Below are positions 26,619 to 36,685 of a stretch of 64,000 bases of DNA, piece by piece. The notes beneath the pieces were generated by a model. It was not told the DNA's origin, made no database searches, and saw nothing but the letters and a program-made list of their open reading frames with translations. The position numbers were made by a program, and so were the translations under genes. Each line of letters begins with the position of its first letter. Position 1 is the stretch's first letter. This DNA comes from a virus (taxonomy: Duplodnaviria > Caudoviricetes), in the IMG/VR virus record IMGVR_UViG_2756170246_000001, positions 4,509 to 68,508 of that record. The stretch is one strand, 5' to 3'.

Positions 26619-27957
26619 GAGCGGGCTCCGATGCCAGGATCCGGTTGAAATCGGCCATGGCATCCGCAGCGGCCTGGTCGGGGACCGGCTGATCGAGCGG
26701 CGGTCCGCCGTTGTGACCGATCGGCGGAGGAGGGGTCTCACCGATCTTGTCGAGTGTCGTGAACTGCGACTGCATCACATGGATATCGCCGTCGGGACCA
26801 AGCGTGTTCTCGTCCTCGAGCTCCAGGATCTTGTTCGGCGAGTAGGCCCCGACGTACTGCATGCCCTTGTAGAATTCCATGCGGGACTTCATGTCGCCGC
26901 GCAGCAGGGCATTGACGTTCATCTTGGTGTAGAGCCCCTGGCGGTTCTGGCCGAACAGCTTGAAATCGGCCTCATCCTCGAAGCGCTTCGCCCATGGCGT
27001 GATGCTGTCGACGACGACCTCGATCGCCTGATGCTCGATGTTCGAGAATGTTGCCCGCAGCAGATGCATGATCTTGTGCGGCGGCACCCCGAACCAGCGG
27101 CAGATCTCCTCGACGAGGAATTGGTGCGTCTCCAGCAGCTGCGTCTGTTCCGCGTTCAGCCCGATCGTCGAGATATCGGCGTCGTTGTCGAGAAACGCCG
27201 TCTTGTTCGCCCGGTACGGCCCCTTGTAGAGCTGCTCGAACTCGGCGCGCTGCTTCTCCAGCCCCTTCGGGGAGAGTCCCTTCTTGTTCTTGACAACCGT
27301 CGTCGGGGTCGCCCCGTTGCCAAAGAATGAGGCACCAAACATCTGCGCGGCCTTCGCCCAGCCAAGCGATTGTGCCGCGTAGTCGATGACATTGACGCCA
27401 ACAACGCCTTCGCCGAAGCCGCGGAGGTGGAACATATCGGCGGCTTCGATCTCGATGCCGTCGCCGCCACCAGGCCCGTTGCTGACCTCGTAGAAGAGGA
27501 TGCCGGTGTCGGGGTCACGGCAGACCTTGACGCGATCAGGATGGATCGGCCACAGCGCGAACGGGCGGCCGAGCTGGTCGCGCTCGATCTCGGCGTATCC
27601 GTTGCCCCAGCGCAGCGCCCAGTGAAGCATCGTCTCCCGGAACTGGAACGACGACCATTCCGGGTTCGGCCGCTTGTAGAGCAGCCAGTCGACCGGGTTC
27701 TTGGCCTGGATCTCGGCACCGTTACCGCCATCCTTCAGTGCATGCCAGGGCAGCACGGCAACAGTCTGGGTGAGGAACCTGAAGCAGGCCCAGACCGCTG
27801 GGATCGTCAGCGCGGAATCCGGAGTGATGAGAACGCCGGCCAGCGTCCGCGGTGTCGAGGGGACGCGCCGCTGGTTCGGCCAGCGCGGTTCCGTCGAAAC
27901 GCGCTGCGCGAGGATCGAGATCCCTTGCGCCATGGCGTTGCGGAAACCTTCAAGCAT
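26611..27957 (-). CDS. HK97-family portal protein
   Basis: AL.IPAVWAC, PNPEWSSFQFRE, GNGY..I.R, MFHLRG, EEICRWFGVPPH..., SNIEHQ; start MLEGFRNA overlaps the terL stop. Confidence 0.93.
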   Translation of the reverse strand: MLEGFRNAMAQGISILAQRVSTEPRWPNQRRVPSTPRTLAGVLITPDSALTIPAVWACFRFLTQTVAVLPWHALKDGGNGAEIQAKNPVDWLLYKRPNPEWSSFQFRETMLHWALRWGNGYAEIERDQLGRPFALWPIHPDRVKVCRDPDTGILFYEVSNGPGGGDGIEIEAADMFHLRGFGEGVVGVNVIDYAAQSLGWAKAAQMFGASFFGNGATPTTVVKNKKGLSPKGLEKQRAEFEQLYKGPYRANKTAFLDNDADISTIGLNAEQTQLLETHQFLVEEICRWFGVPPHKIMHLLRATFSNIEHQAIEVVVDSITPWAKRFEDEADFKLFGQNRQGLYTKMNVNALLRGDMKSRMEFYKGMQYVGAYSPNKILELEDENTLGPDGDIHVMQSQFTTLDKIGETPPPPIGHNGGPPLDQPVPDQAAADAMADFNRILASEPAHV

Positions 27958-29821
27958 ACTGGTCAAAATCCTGATCTGCGTCGGCGAGCCGCTGTTCGTA
28001 GCGCTCCCGCATCTCTTGCCAGCGCGGATGCCGGTGATCGGCGAGGATCGCCGCCTCTTCGGCACGCGTTGGCTCAGTTTCGGCGTCTGTTTCGTCGTCT
28101 CGATCTGCCAGCTGATCGTAGACGGACCGTGATGACTGCGGATTGAGCCCCATCAGCACCTTCGCGTGTAGTACCGCCATCAGCGGATCGATCTTGGCGG
28201 ATCCTGAGACCTGTTTGTCGATCGAGACGGCGTTGCCGTGCTGAACGGTCTTCGCGTTGCCGACAGCGAAATTCATCAGGGCGCCGCCATTGTGGACGAT
28301 GACACCGCCGGCGAGATCCCGCTCGGTATCCTTGATGGCACCATTCAGCTTCCAACCCTGCGGGATGCCGATGATCCGATCCTTATCGATCGGACTGTTC
28401 TCACCGGTTTTCGGATGCTGCCCAGTCAGAGCCTTCGTGATCGCGGCAACGCCGAAGGAGTCGACGCCGATCGCGTTTTCCGATGCCAGCAACCCGGAGG
28501 CCTCGACCTCGATGACGTGGTCGGCGAGTTCGTAGACATCCTCGCCAGGCAGCTTGACGAAGGTGAGTTCTTTCAGATCGGCGAGCTCGTCGAGCTTGGA
28601 CGCGATTTCGGTGCGGCGCTGTTTCACGATCTCGTGCGCCCAGGCATGCGTCCAAAGCAACAGCTTGCCGGTCCCGATCTCGCGGCCGAGGACGGCGAGG
28701 CCAAGCAAGTCGTCGAGGCCGCCACCGTCAATCCCGATCGTGATGACTTCGGATCGCCGGATCAGCTCCTGCAGCGTGAGCGTCTTGTCGACGTTTGATG
28801 CGCCGGTTTTAGGGTTGCCGAGCCAGAATTCGGCACCGGCCCAGCTGCCGGACTTCAGCCCAAGACCGGCCTCGATGTTGAAATGCTTCGAAACGAAGAG
28901 GCTGAGCGAGGCGGTCCCCTCGAGCTCCTTCTTCTTCAGTTCGGTGGTCAACCACTGAAGATCGACGGAGTAACCGAGACTCGGGTTCGGGATGTGCCAG
29001 GTCTTAGGATCGCGCCAGGCCTGCGCCTTGGCCATGGCGTCCGGATATTCATAGATCAGAGGCAGCGAGGTCGGATCGTCGATCTTCCCGTCGCGAATGC
29101 CGCGGTGGTAGAGCAATTTCTGACTGAAGACCCCGGTCGGAGGGTCATCGCTTTGCGTCGTCGCGTAGATCGTGAAGCCTTCCGGCCTTGATGCCTGCGA
29201 ACCGGTGACTTCCGACAGCACGTTTGCCGATGAGGCCTTCTTGCCGAAGAGCCAGAGCTCGTCGACGAAGGAGCTGATCGCCTTCTGCCCGCCAACGACA
29301 TCGGCGTCGGCTGATTTCACCGCCAGGACGGAGCCGTCGAGCCGGTTGGTGATTTCCCGGGTGGAATCGCTAGGCTTGAAGCGCTTGAAGAGCGCGTTGT
29401 CCTCGGTGATCATGCCGTGAGCCGGCAGGAAACTGTTGTCGGCGACGTCCTTCGTCGGCGCCAGGATGAGATATTCCCCCATCGCGCGGAGGTTCATGAT
29501 CAGCGCGGTGACCATGATGCCGGCCGCGATCGTCGATTTCGCGTTCTTCTTGCTGATCAGCACCAGGAATTCCCGGATCAGCTGGCGGCCAGCTACACTG
29601 TCGTGGGCACCGAAGACCACCCAGACGAGATCGAATATCCACTGCGGACAGACCTCGCCCAAGGTCGGCTTGCCAATGATGTCCTTCACCTTCAACCGCT
29701 TGAAGATGCGCAGCGCCTTCTCGGCGCGCGCCACATCGATAGGCAGGCCATCCGGGATGAGGCTCCGGCCGGCGATGATGCGGGTCTCCCAGTCGAGACA
29801 CGCCGTCGACCATTGCAGCAT
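27950..29821 (-). CDS. terL: Terminase large subunit
   Basis: LISKKNAKST Walker A, FVDELW Walker B, GIDGGGLDDL nuclease, KIDPLMA. Confidence 0.93.
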   Translation of the reverse strand: MLQWSTACLDWETRIIAGRSLIPDGLPIDVARAEKALRIFKRLKVKDIIGKPTLGEVCPQWIFDLVWVVFGAHDSVAGRQLIREFLVLISKKNAKSTIAAGIMVTALIMNLRAMGEYLILAPTKDVADNSFLPAHGMITEDNALFKRFKPSDSTREITNRLDGSVLAVKSADADVVGGQKAISSFVDELWLFGKKASSANVLSEVTGSQASRPEGFTIYATTQSDDPPTGVFSQKLLYHRGIRDGKIDDPTSLPLIYEYPDAMAKAQAWRDPKTWHIPNPSLGYSVDLQWLTTELKKKELEGTASLSLFVSKHFNIEAGLGLKSGSWAGAEFWLGNPKTGASNVDKTLTLQELIRRSEVITIGIDGGGLDDLLGLAVLGREIGTGKLLLWTHAWAHEIVKQRRTEIASKLDELADLKELTFVKLPGEDVYELADHVIEVEASGLLASENAIGVDSFGVAAITKALTGQHPKTGENSPIDKDRIIGIPQGWKLNGAIKDTERDLAGGVIVHNGGALMNFAVGNAKTVQHGNAVSIDKQVSGSAKIDPLMAVLHAKVLMGLNPQSSRSVYDQLADRDDETDAETEPTRAEEAAILADHRHPRWQEMRERYEQRLADADQDFDQYA

Positions 29822-30267
29822 CAGTTCGGTTTCGTGCCCGGGATCGGTGCGAGATCCTCACCCCATTCCGAATTGGTGCCGGCGCTGAACGCTTCGTCCC
29901 GCTGGACTTCCTTCTTGCCCCGCTTGGTGGCGCGCGATGGAGCGACCGGCGCCTCAGTGGCACCAGGCTGCTTCGATTTCTCTTCGAACTCAACCGCGGC
30001 GCCGGCGAGCCGGGTCATCTCCTCGAGGCGCTTCTGTGCCGTCACGTTCCCGCTGCGCGCGCTCTTGTAGAGCAGCCCGATCACCTCGCGCCGGCGGTGG
30101 GAGAAACCATTGTCGAGTTCATCTGCGCAATGCTTGCGGAGGGTGTCCGCATCGATGCCGAGCGACCGCGCGATCGTGGCTTCACTCTCGCCGCAGGACC
30201 GCATCTCCTCGACCGTGCGCCTGATGGCCGTGGTCGGCTTCCATGCTGGCCTTCCTCGTTTTGCCAT
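29821..30267 (-). CDS. terS: Terminase small subunit
   Basis: GRPAWKPT...VEEM..CG.SEATIARSLGIDADTLRKH HTH; directly upstream of terL. Confidence 0.82.
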   Translation of the reverse strand: MAKRGRPAWKPTTAIRRTVEEMRSCGESEATIARSLGIDADTLRKHCADELDNGFSHRRREVIGLLYKSARSGNVTAQKRLEEMTRLAGAAVEFEEKSKQPGATEAPVAPSRATKRGKKEVQRDEAFSAGTNSEWGEDLAPIPGTKPN

Positions 30268-30269
30268 GC

Positions 30270-30391
30270 TTTTTCGGTCACTTTCGGCAAATCAGCCGGA
30301 TTTTGAGGGCGGCAGAAAAAATTTCATGAACATGAGCCCCGAGCGGTTGGACCCCCGGATCGACCCAGAGATCGAGACCCCCCCCCCCCGG
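30270..30391 (-). other. Putative cos/packaging region
   Basis: Non-coding gap between HNH and terS with a G12 run (C run 30378-30389 on +) and a T6 tract; HK97-like phages place cos here. Confidence 0.5.
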
Positions 30392-30715
30392 TCATCTCAT
30401 CCTTGCGTCGCGTGCCCTGATGCCCTTGAGGGTGTTGTGGGCGACGCAGAGGCACTGACCATTGGCTGGATCGAGGGGGGCTCCACCATCCTTGCGTTCG
30501 ATGATGTGGTCCGCGATGAGCCTGTCATGAGGTGCCGACTTGATGCAGCGACGACCATCCTCGATCCACTGGCATCTATAGCCGGCGCGTTGCAGGACCC
30601 CGGTCCGCCACGCCCTATGCTCAGGGGTGAGCAGTTCCGCATCGGCCTTCTTCTCGATAGGACGAGCGGTGCGCATGTCGAGCTGCCGGACCTGCGGACC
30701 GATCTGCTTCGCCAT
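30392..30715 (-). CDS. Terminase-associated HNH endonuclease
   Basis: WR..VLQRAGYRCQ...ADHIIERKDGG...D..NGQCLC..HN. Confidence 0.85.
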   Translation of the reverse strand: MAKQIGPQVRQLDMRTARPIEKKADAELLTPEHRAWRTGVLQRAGYRCQWIEDGRRCIKSAPHDRLIADHIIERKDGGAPLDPANGQCLCVAHNTLKGIRARDARMR

Positions 30716-30818
30716 TACACGCTGACCTTTGATGACGGCTGTACCCCGCAGACGATGAGCTCGCGCAAGCGAGCGCTCTTCTCTTCTACGGTTCTTCAGA
30801 TAGCACTGACCTTGAGAA

Positions 30819-30832
30819 CGTAGAGCTCTACG
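30819..30832. promoter_or_regulatory. Perfect 14-bp palindrome CGTAGAGCTCTACG upstream of the late operon
   Basis: Direct reading; near-identical copy at 49343-49356. Confidence 0.55.
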
Positions 30833-31115
30833 ATGGCGTCATCGCGCTAGCGCGCTCGCCGTAAGGTCTCGGCTTCTCAGAACTTGGCGTCTACGCGATG
30901 AGGGGGAAGACGCGAAGAGAACTCGATTCCGAGGTCGGAAGTCCAATCACGTTTTTCGAAATGTGGGCGCCGTACCCAAACGGGCTGTTTCCGTACCCGG
31001 AGATGTCCCCATTTCGACGGACACATAAGGGTTCGCGGGTCGTCAGGGACATCGCCATGTACCTGGGCGTGTACCCCTGCTGGAAGCGATTTAGCTTGAC
31101 GGCATCCGGTGCGAA

Positions 31116-31778
31116 TCAAGCAACCGATGCTGCCTTGGCCTTTCGGCGTCGCAACTTGTTCGCCTTTTCGAGGCGCCTCACCAGAGCGGCGATCTCTTCC
31201 CGGGTGGGGTAGCGAGGGCGTGCGCCTGGCTCGATAAAGCTCGATGGTGTCGACGGCGCCGGGCTGGAACCAGGGGCGAGGTATGTCGGGGTTCCATCTT
31301 TTTCGATAGTGGCAGACGTCTCGGAAGATACCGTTTGTGATGCGGGTTCTGGCTCGATTTCGGCAACGTCGTCAATGTGTTGGTCGAGCCACGCGATTTT
31401 CTGCTGGTTGTTGCGATCCGCAATGTCTTGGCAGATACGGGTTATCGTCCAGCGGAGCGTTCGGGAATTGACGCCTTCCCGTGAGGCGAAATCGTTGAGG
31501 AACCTTCCCTTGCGGGTCTTCGTCCATGCCCACGCGTAGAGGAGACGCCGATCCTTCTCGGATTGCAACGCGTTTATCCATGCCCAAGTGGCGAGCATTC
31601 TGGTGAGGGCACCGGGGGAAGGACGGATTCTGATCTTCATGGCGCGCGGGTAGTGCGGGATGTATTCCGGCCAGCCGCCACCTCCGGCGCCGCCTACGCG
31701 GGTGTCCGGTGTGAGCATCAGCGTCTCCGCGGCGTCGAGGACGCGGTATTCGACGGCTTTGGCGGTCCAGGCTGTCAT
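31116..31778 (-). CDS. DUF6362-like protein, putative late gene regulator
   Basis: VEYRVLDAAETL...WPEY...RPSPGALTRM..TW.W; last early gene before the late operon (Q-like position). Confidence 0.6.
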   Translation of the reverse strand: MTAWTAKAVEYRVLDAAETLMLTPDTRVGGAGGGGWPEYIPHYPRAMKIRIRPSPGALTRMLATWAWINALQSEKDRRLLYAWAWTKTRKGRFLNDFASREGVNSRTLRWTITRICQDIADRNNQQKIAWLDQHIDDVAEIEPEPASQTVSSETSATIEKDGTPTYLAPGSSPAPSTPSSFIEPGARPRYPTREEIAALVRRLEKANKLRRRKAKAASVA

Positions 31779-32194
31779 TCGGGGTCGGACACCTTAGGGA
31801 GCGGCATCCAGCGGTCCACGCTCGCCTCGGGTACGGTCTGGAAGAACTGGAAACTGGCGCCCTGACTGTCGGCGGCGCCGTCCTCCATAAAGCATACGTT
31901 CCAGCCCTCGCCATCTTCCCACCATGCGATGACGACACCGATCTCGCGCCACGGCGCGTAGCCGTGGAGATCGTTGCTTTTCATCGTGTAGTCGATCAGG
32001 ATTGGGGTGCCGTCGCGGGGTGCTGTCTCGATCGGTTGCCATTCCTCCGGGCTCTCCGATGGCACAACTGAGTAGCCTTCGCTGTGTAGGTGGGTGAGTA
32101 ACTGCCTAGCGTGCGCACCACTGGATGCGTCGACCGTCTCCGGATCGACTACGTTGTTCAGCCAGTGAGCTATCAGTTCAAAAGGTTCTTTCAT
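31775..32194 (-). CDS. DUF551-like phage protein
   Basis: WQPIETAPRDGTPILI ... RWMPLP; start at the ATGA overlap. Confidence 0.7.
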   Translation of the reverse strand: MKEPFELIAHWLNNVVDPETVDASSGAHARQLLTHLHSEGYSVVPSESPEEWQPIETAPRDGTPILIDYTMKSNDLHGYAPWREIGVVIAWWEDGEGWNVCFMEDGAADSQGASFQFFQTVPEASVDRWMPLPKVSDPE

Positions 32195-32742
32195 GCAGGC
32201 CGCTCCGTCTTCGGCGCGCGGCCTTCGCGCCAAGGATCATGAGAATCAATGGCACGGCTACGATGCCGCCAAAGGCCGGTATCGCGGCTCATGTCGCGTT
32301 GCTCTTCGTAGGGCGACCCGACGGAGGTGAGGTCCATCCAGCGAGCGCCTTCGATGTCGAAATCGACAGCTACCTCGGGCCCATACGCGCCGTCCTCTAT
32401 CATGTAGGCGGTCGCGCCCAGCGATTCCGCGATATAGAACTTGCGGTAGCATTCGAGTGCCAATCGATCGCCAGTCCTTACGAACTCCTCCAAGAGATCA
32501 TCGCGACCTTTCCCTTTCCCGTGGTGCGCAGCATTCTGGAGGTTAATTCGTGCTTGGTCGCGCAAGTGGGCAACGACCTTAGATCGTTCTTCCGCCAGCG
32601 CAGCGATTGCGCAGTCATAAATGCGCCTCGCCGACGCTTCGGTGCGGATGGCGCGATGCGCCTCCGTAACACCGATCCCGAACGCCTTGTCCATTGCCGC
32701 AACCGCGCTTGCCCGCACTTCATTTTCGCTCTTCTCGTTCAC
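32191..32742 (-). CDS. Hypothetical protein
   Basis: GTGA-coupled ORF in the early operon. Confidence 0.55.
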   Translation of the reverse strand: MNEKSENEVRASAVAAMDKAFGIGVTEAHRAIRTEASARRIYDCAIAALAEERSKVVAHLRDQARINLQNAAHHGKGKGRDDLLEEFVRTGDRLALECYRKFYIAESLGATAYMIEDGAYGPEVAVDFDIEGARWMDLTSVGSPYEEQRDMSRDTGLWRHRSRAIDSHDPWREGRAPKTERPA

Positions 32743-33167
32743 GCCGCCCTCCTGTCGTCTCGAACTATACCATCGCTCAACCGTACCGCCAGCAGCACGC
32801 GCATGACGTGCGCCAGCGGCAGCCCGACTGCGAGCCCCTTGGCTTGATGCCGGACCTCACCGAGGCTGATCCTATCGAATTGCTCGAACAGCGCGCCACC
32901 GCGAGCCTCGATCGAGGGGTTCGCCACCAGCGCGGAAACCGCCTGGATGGTCTCCGAATAGAGTTCTGCCGCGTTGCCATATGTCTCGACGATGAGGCGC
33001 AGCGTGAGGGCGAGATGGGCTTCACCATGTCGCTGCCCGATCTTCTTCAGCGTTTTCTTGGCGAAGCATTCGCGCGGCCGACGGTGCAGCGGCCGGTGAT
33101 CGGCGGGGTGCAGCAAGCGGATGCCGCACTGCTCCGCAACCTTGAAGATATCGCAGCGGTGCCTCAT
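32739..33167 (-). CDS. Hypothetical phage protein
   Basis: Coupled ORF; coding-like composition. Confidence 0.65.
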   Translation of the reverse strand: MRHRCDIFKVAEQCGIRLLHPADHRPLHRRPRECFAKKTLKKIGQRHGEAHLALTLRLIVETYGNAAELYSETIQAVSALVANPSIEARGGALFEQFDRISLGEVRHQAKGLAVGLPLAHVMRVLLAVRLSDGIVRDDRRAA

Positions 33168-33649
33168 CGCCGCCGCACCTCCACCGGGACGACGCGGCCG
33201 TCGACAACGACACCACCGAGCGCCTCGATCTGCAGGGCGGCTTCAGCGGCGGCGCGGATTTCGTGGAAGCGCCCGGCGCCAAGGATGTCCTCATCGGTGA
33301 CTAGCACCGGCCGGCTGAAGTGCAGCGCCATCTCGGCCGCCTTGATGGCGGCTGTTGCAGAGGCGAAGCGCTCCGGTTTTCCTTCAGCATCATCGAGGAG
33401 GACGTCAGGGGCGCCATCACGCCGATATGCGGCGCAGTAGTAGGTGCCGAAGCCGATCGCTTCGATGCGCAAAGCGGGTACGGGCGTGGGTACATTTTCA
33501 GGCGATTTGGGTACATTGTGGGTACGGCGAGCCGATGAGGGCTCGCCGAGCATTTCCTGCACTTCCACCGCAATCCCTTGCGCTACAAGGCGTTGCGTCG
33601 AATTCGTCGAAAACTGGTTGGGTACATCGGCGGGTACGCGCTCGCTCAC
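33164..33649 (-). CDS. Hypothetical phage protein
   Basis: Coupled ORF after the primase-helicase. Confidence 0.6.
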   Translation of the reverse strand: MSERVPADVPNQFSTNSTQRLVAQGIAVEVQEMLGEPSSARRTHNVPKSPENVPTPVPALRIEAIGFGTYYCAAYRRDGAPDVLLDDAEGKPERFASATAAIKAAEMALHFSRPVLVTDEDILGAGRFHEIRAAAEAALQIEALGGVVVDGRVVPVEVRRR

Positions 33650-35919
33650 AGCTGGATATCTCCATCGGCGAGTTCCTGCATCGCCGCCAAGGTCTGGGCG
33701 TCCTCCTGGCGTGGTGGTTCCATCTCGGTGCTGTTCTTCGCTTTGTAGCCCGGGATCGGTCTCCCGGTGAGCCAGATGAACCGATCGGCGCGCCCGATGA
33801 ACTTGCGGCCGTAGAAGGCTTCGCCGGCACGCTTCAGCGCCGACTTGATGCGCTCCCGCTGCTTCTTCTCGTCTTCGTCATCAACGAAGGACAGCTTCTC
33901 GAATTCGGAGCGCCAGTGCTTGTATTGCACCACGGACTTGATGCTGCGCGGCAGCTTGAGCAGATCGGGGGTGTCCTCGCCAAACCGCTCGAGCGCAAAC
34001 ATCAAAGCCTGCATCGCGATGTTCTGCTGGTCACTCAGTCGCTTGTCGTCGTTGGTCTCCGGGGTCTGCCCACCTGGTGGGGCGCATACCACCGATGTGA
34101 TCAGCTTGCCGTTTGGTCGGGTGCCGAGGACGACCTGCTTGAGGATGAAATCCCAGCCGTGACCACGTTCCCCATCCTTGTTCTTCTGGATGGTGGCGCG
34201 ATGGATCTGGCGGGTCAGCTGGGTTCCGTCTGCCCTGAAGGCGATATCGAGGCGTGGTGTGATCTCAAGCTCGATCGCGTTGTCGACGTTGGCGAACAGG
34301 CTGGAATGACCACGCGGGTTGTTGCCGTTCCTCGGCTTGTGATGGACCATCATCACGGTGCATCGGCATTCATCCCGGATCCGCTCCAGATTGGTGAGCA
34401 CCACGGACATGTCGGTGGAGGCGTTTTCGTTGGCGCCCGGCGTCGCCGTCGCCAGCGTATCGATGACGACGAGCTCGAGTGGGACCGCAAAGGTCTCCGA
34501 CCACGCCTTGATCTCGGCGATCAGCGCGTCGGTGCCCCGGCTGGTCTCGACATCCTGCTCCCCGGGCTTCGCGAAGAGATCGACACGGGCGGGCAACAAG
34601 ACGAAGTCGACGCGCTCCCCGGGCTCCATGTAGGTCTGTCGGTAGGCGCGGAGGCGCTGCTTCACGCCGATGCCTCCTTCGCCGGCCTGGTAGACGACGC
34701 CGCCGCGTCTCACCTCTTTGCCGTTGAATGTGGCGCCGCGATTCACCGACATCGCCATATCGATGGCCTCGAATGACTTCCCCGAACCGGATTCACCGTA
34801 GATCACGGCGACCTCATGTCGGGTCAGGATGTCCTCGATGAGATACTCGTGTTCCTGTCCGGCTTCGTCGAGGCGATCCCAGGTGACGGCGCCGAACCGG
34901 GACTTCGGTGGCTCCTTCGTCCATGGTCGGGCGTACCTATCTTCGATGTCGAACAGATCGGCGGGATCACCACCGGCCTGAACCCAATCCCAGATATCCC
35001 CCTTGGCGGGCACCTCGGGCCAGAACAGCCTGATATCCAGCAGCAGCACCGATGCCGCGATCCCGGTCATCTGCGAGCCGACGAGCTGCATATGCATCCG
35101 GCCGGCGTCGTCGTTGTCCGGGATCAGGATGAGATGGGCGCCGCGTAGGAGCTCGGAATAATATGGCGTCCACTTCTTGGCCCCGCCGGCGTTGCAGGTC
35201 GCCGGGATGCCGGCGGCCCATAGCGCATCTGCCTTCTTTTCCCCTTCGACGAGACGGACCGCCTGTCCCATGGCGATGGCTTCCGCGACCTCCGGCCAGC
35301 GGTACAGCGGCAGCTGCTCGATGCCATCGAAGGAACGACGCTCCTTCATCCCCCATTTGTCGAAGGTCTTCGAATCGTACCGGGTCCAGTTCTGGCCTGG
35401 CCCCTTGCGCATGTATTCGCCGTCGAGGAGGCCGTTGATCCAGACGTCCTTTTCCTCGGTGAAGCGGCGGCGCTGCGCGAAGGTCTTATCGATCTTGCCG
35501 TGCTTGTTCAGCCGCCAGGTCCCGTCGGGCTGCTTGAACTGCATCCTGGCGACCTGGAAGACGAGGCCGCCCTCGGCGTCGACATAATCGTAGGTGGCGA
35601 CGATCTCCTTCTTGCCGGGGCCCGCGTTCTGGTTTGAACCCGGGGCGGCTCCGCGACCGTCAGGGATGTCGAACCCGTTGTCCTTCAGCCAGTCCACGGC
35701 GCCGTCGTCGCCGCAGCCCGTCAGCTTGGCGACAAGCCAGAGGACACCGCCACCCTCGCTGTTCTCGTGATCGAAGGCGGTGTTCTTCTCGATGTCGACG
35801 GAGAGCGAGCCGTTGGTGCCGTAGCGGTGGTCGTTGCCCTTACTGTGGTGCGGGTTCGGCGCCCCCAGCAACATGCTGGCGACCTCCGGCATCAACGCTC
35901 CGAAATCAAATCCTGACAT
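33646..35919 (-). CDS. Primase-helicase (TOPRIM plus AAA_25/RepA-like SF4 helicase)
   Basis: LVEGEKKAD and IPDNDDAG TOPRIM motifs; GESGSGKS Walker A; VVIDTLA Walker B; VHHKPR...RGHSSL. Confidence 0.9.
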   Translation of the reverse strand: MSGFDFGALMPEVASMLLGAPNPHHSKGNDHRYGTNGSLSVDIEKNTAFDHENSEGGGVLWLVAKLTGCGDDGAVDWLKDNGFDIPDGRGAAPGSNQNAGPGKKEIVATYDYVDAEGGLVFQVARMQFKQPDGTWRLNKHGKIDKTFAQRRRFTEEKDVWINGLLDGEYMRKGPGQNWTRYDSKTFDKWGMKERRSFDGIEQLPLYRWPEVAEAIAMGQAVRLVEGEKKADALWAAGIPATCNAGGAKKWTPYYSELLRGAHLILIPDNDDAGRMHMQLVGSQMTGIAASVLLLDIRLFWPEVPAKGDIWDWVQAGGDPADLFDIEDRYARPWTKEPPKSRFGAVTWDRLDEAGQEHEYLIEDILTRHEVAVIYGESGSGKSFEAIDMAMSVNRGATFNGKEVRRGGVVYQAGEGGIGVKQRLRAYRQTYMEPGERVDFVLLPARVDLFAKPGEQDVETSRGTDALIAEIKAWSETFAVPLELVVIDTLATATPGANENASTDMSVVLTNLERIRDECRCTVMMVHHKPRNGNNPRGHSSLFANVDNAIELEITPRLDIAFRADGTQLTRQIHRATIQKNKDGERGHGWDFILKQVVLGTRPNGKLITSVVCAPPGGQTPETNDDKRLSDQQNIAMQALMFALERFGEDTPDLLKLPRSIKSVVQYKHWRSEFEKLSFVDDEDEKKQRERIKSALKRAGEAFYGRKFIGRADRFIWLTGRPIPGYKAKNSTEMEPPRQEDAQTLAAMQELADGDIQL

Positions 35920-35920
35920 G

Positions 35921-36685
35921 CTAAGCGGCGACCTCCACCGGCTTCCATTTGTCGAAGTCGGCCTCGATCTGGATCCAGTTCACCGGGTGCTGCGCCTTCA
36001 GGTCTGGGGTATATCGCCCCGTGACGAACTGGCCGCGTTCGGTCCCACGCTCCAGCCAATCACGGGTCCAGCGGCTGGGATCAATCTTGACGTGCTTAAA
36101 GTCGGCCTTCGTGACGTAACCGCGGCGCTCCAAGATGATGAGCAGTTTAATGGCCTGGATCTTCCAGTTTGTGAGCGCCACCGGTGCGGAATGACCGGCG
36201 CCGACGTCGGGGATGTATTCGGGGAGGACGCATCGCGCCGCGGGGCAGCGGTCATACCAGTCGTGCTCGCGGCCGCTCCAGTACATGCGGGAATCGAGTG
36301 AGGGCAGATCAGGCCTGAATGCAGGCGGCCGCCAGCCGTAGCGCTTCTCGGTATCGTCGTCGGGGTGCATCGCTGTGATGACGGTGATGCCAAGCATGGC
36401 GCAGATCGCTGACATGTGGTTTTGGACGTGCCCCGCGGGCACCAGTGCGGCGCGGAAGTCGGGGCCCGGCGTCAGCGGGGCGTAACCCCATTCCTTCGAT
36501 GCCTGGACGACGACTTCCGGGTTAAGCCTGAGTTTCGCTTCGACGCCGATCTGTAGGCCGTCGGCGCGCACCAGCAAGATGTCGAAGCCGGCTGTCTCGT
36601 TGAAGGCGGTCCAGCCCGCCGGCAACGCGGCGACGAACGCGGAGCAGAGATCCGCTTCTGTCTTGAAGAAAACTCCCTTGCTCAT
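35921..36685 (-). CDS. Hypothetical phage protein (possible PD-(D/E)xK-like fold)
   Basis: ET.GFDILLV...IGVEAK motif. Confidence 0.6.
   Translation of the reverse strand: MSKGVFFKTEADLCSAFVAALPAGWTAFNETAGFDILLVRADGLQIGVEAKLRLNPEVVVQASKEWGYAPLTPGPDFRAALVPAGHVQNHMSAICAMLGITVITAMHPDDDTEKRYGWRPPAFRPDLPSLDSRMYWSGREHDWYDRCPAARCVLPEYIPDVGAGHSAPVALTNWKIQAIKLLIILERRGYVTKADFKHVKIDPSRWTRDWLERGTERGQFVTGRYTPDLKAQHPVNWIQIEADFDKWKPVEVAA

Noticed and set aside
25545-27330. Pro/Ser-rich and Ala/Arg-rich ORFs overlapping the collagen gene (e.g. 25885..27330 +)
   Set aside because: Alternative-frame products of the Gly-X-Y codon periodicity.
30378-30389. C12/G12 run as a phase-variation switch
   Set aside because: Intergenic and not within a credible CDS or between identifiable -35/-10 boxes; better explained as part of the packaging region.
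30898-31212. Plus-strand ORF and possible tRNA/ncRNA in the late control region
   Set aside because: No SD or recognisable motif and it overlaps a real gene; no cloverleaf or T-loop consensus found by eye. An Infernal/tRNAscan run would be decisive.
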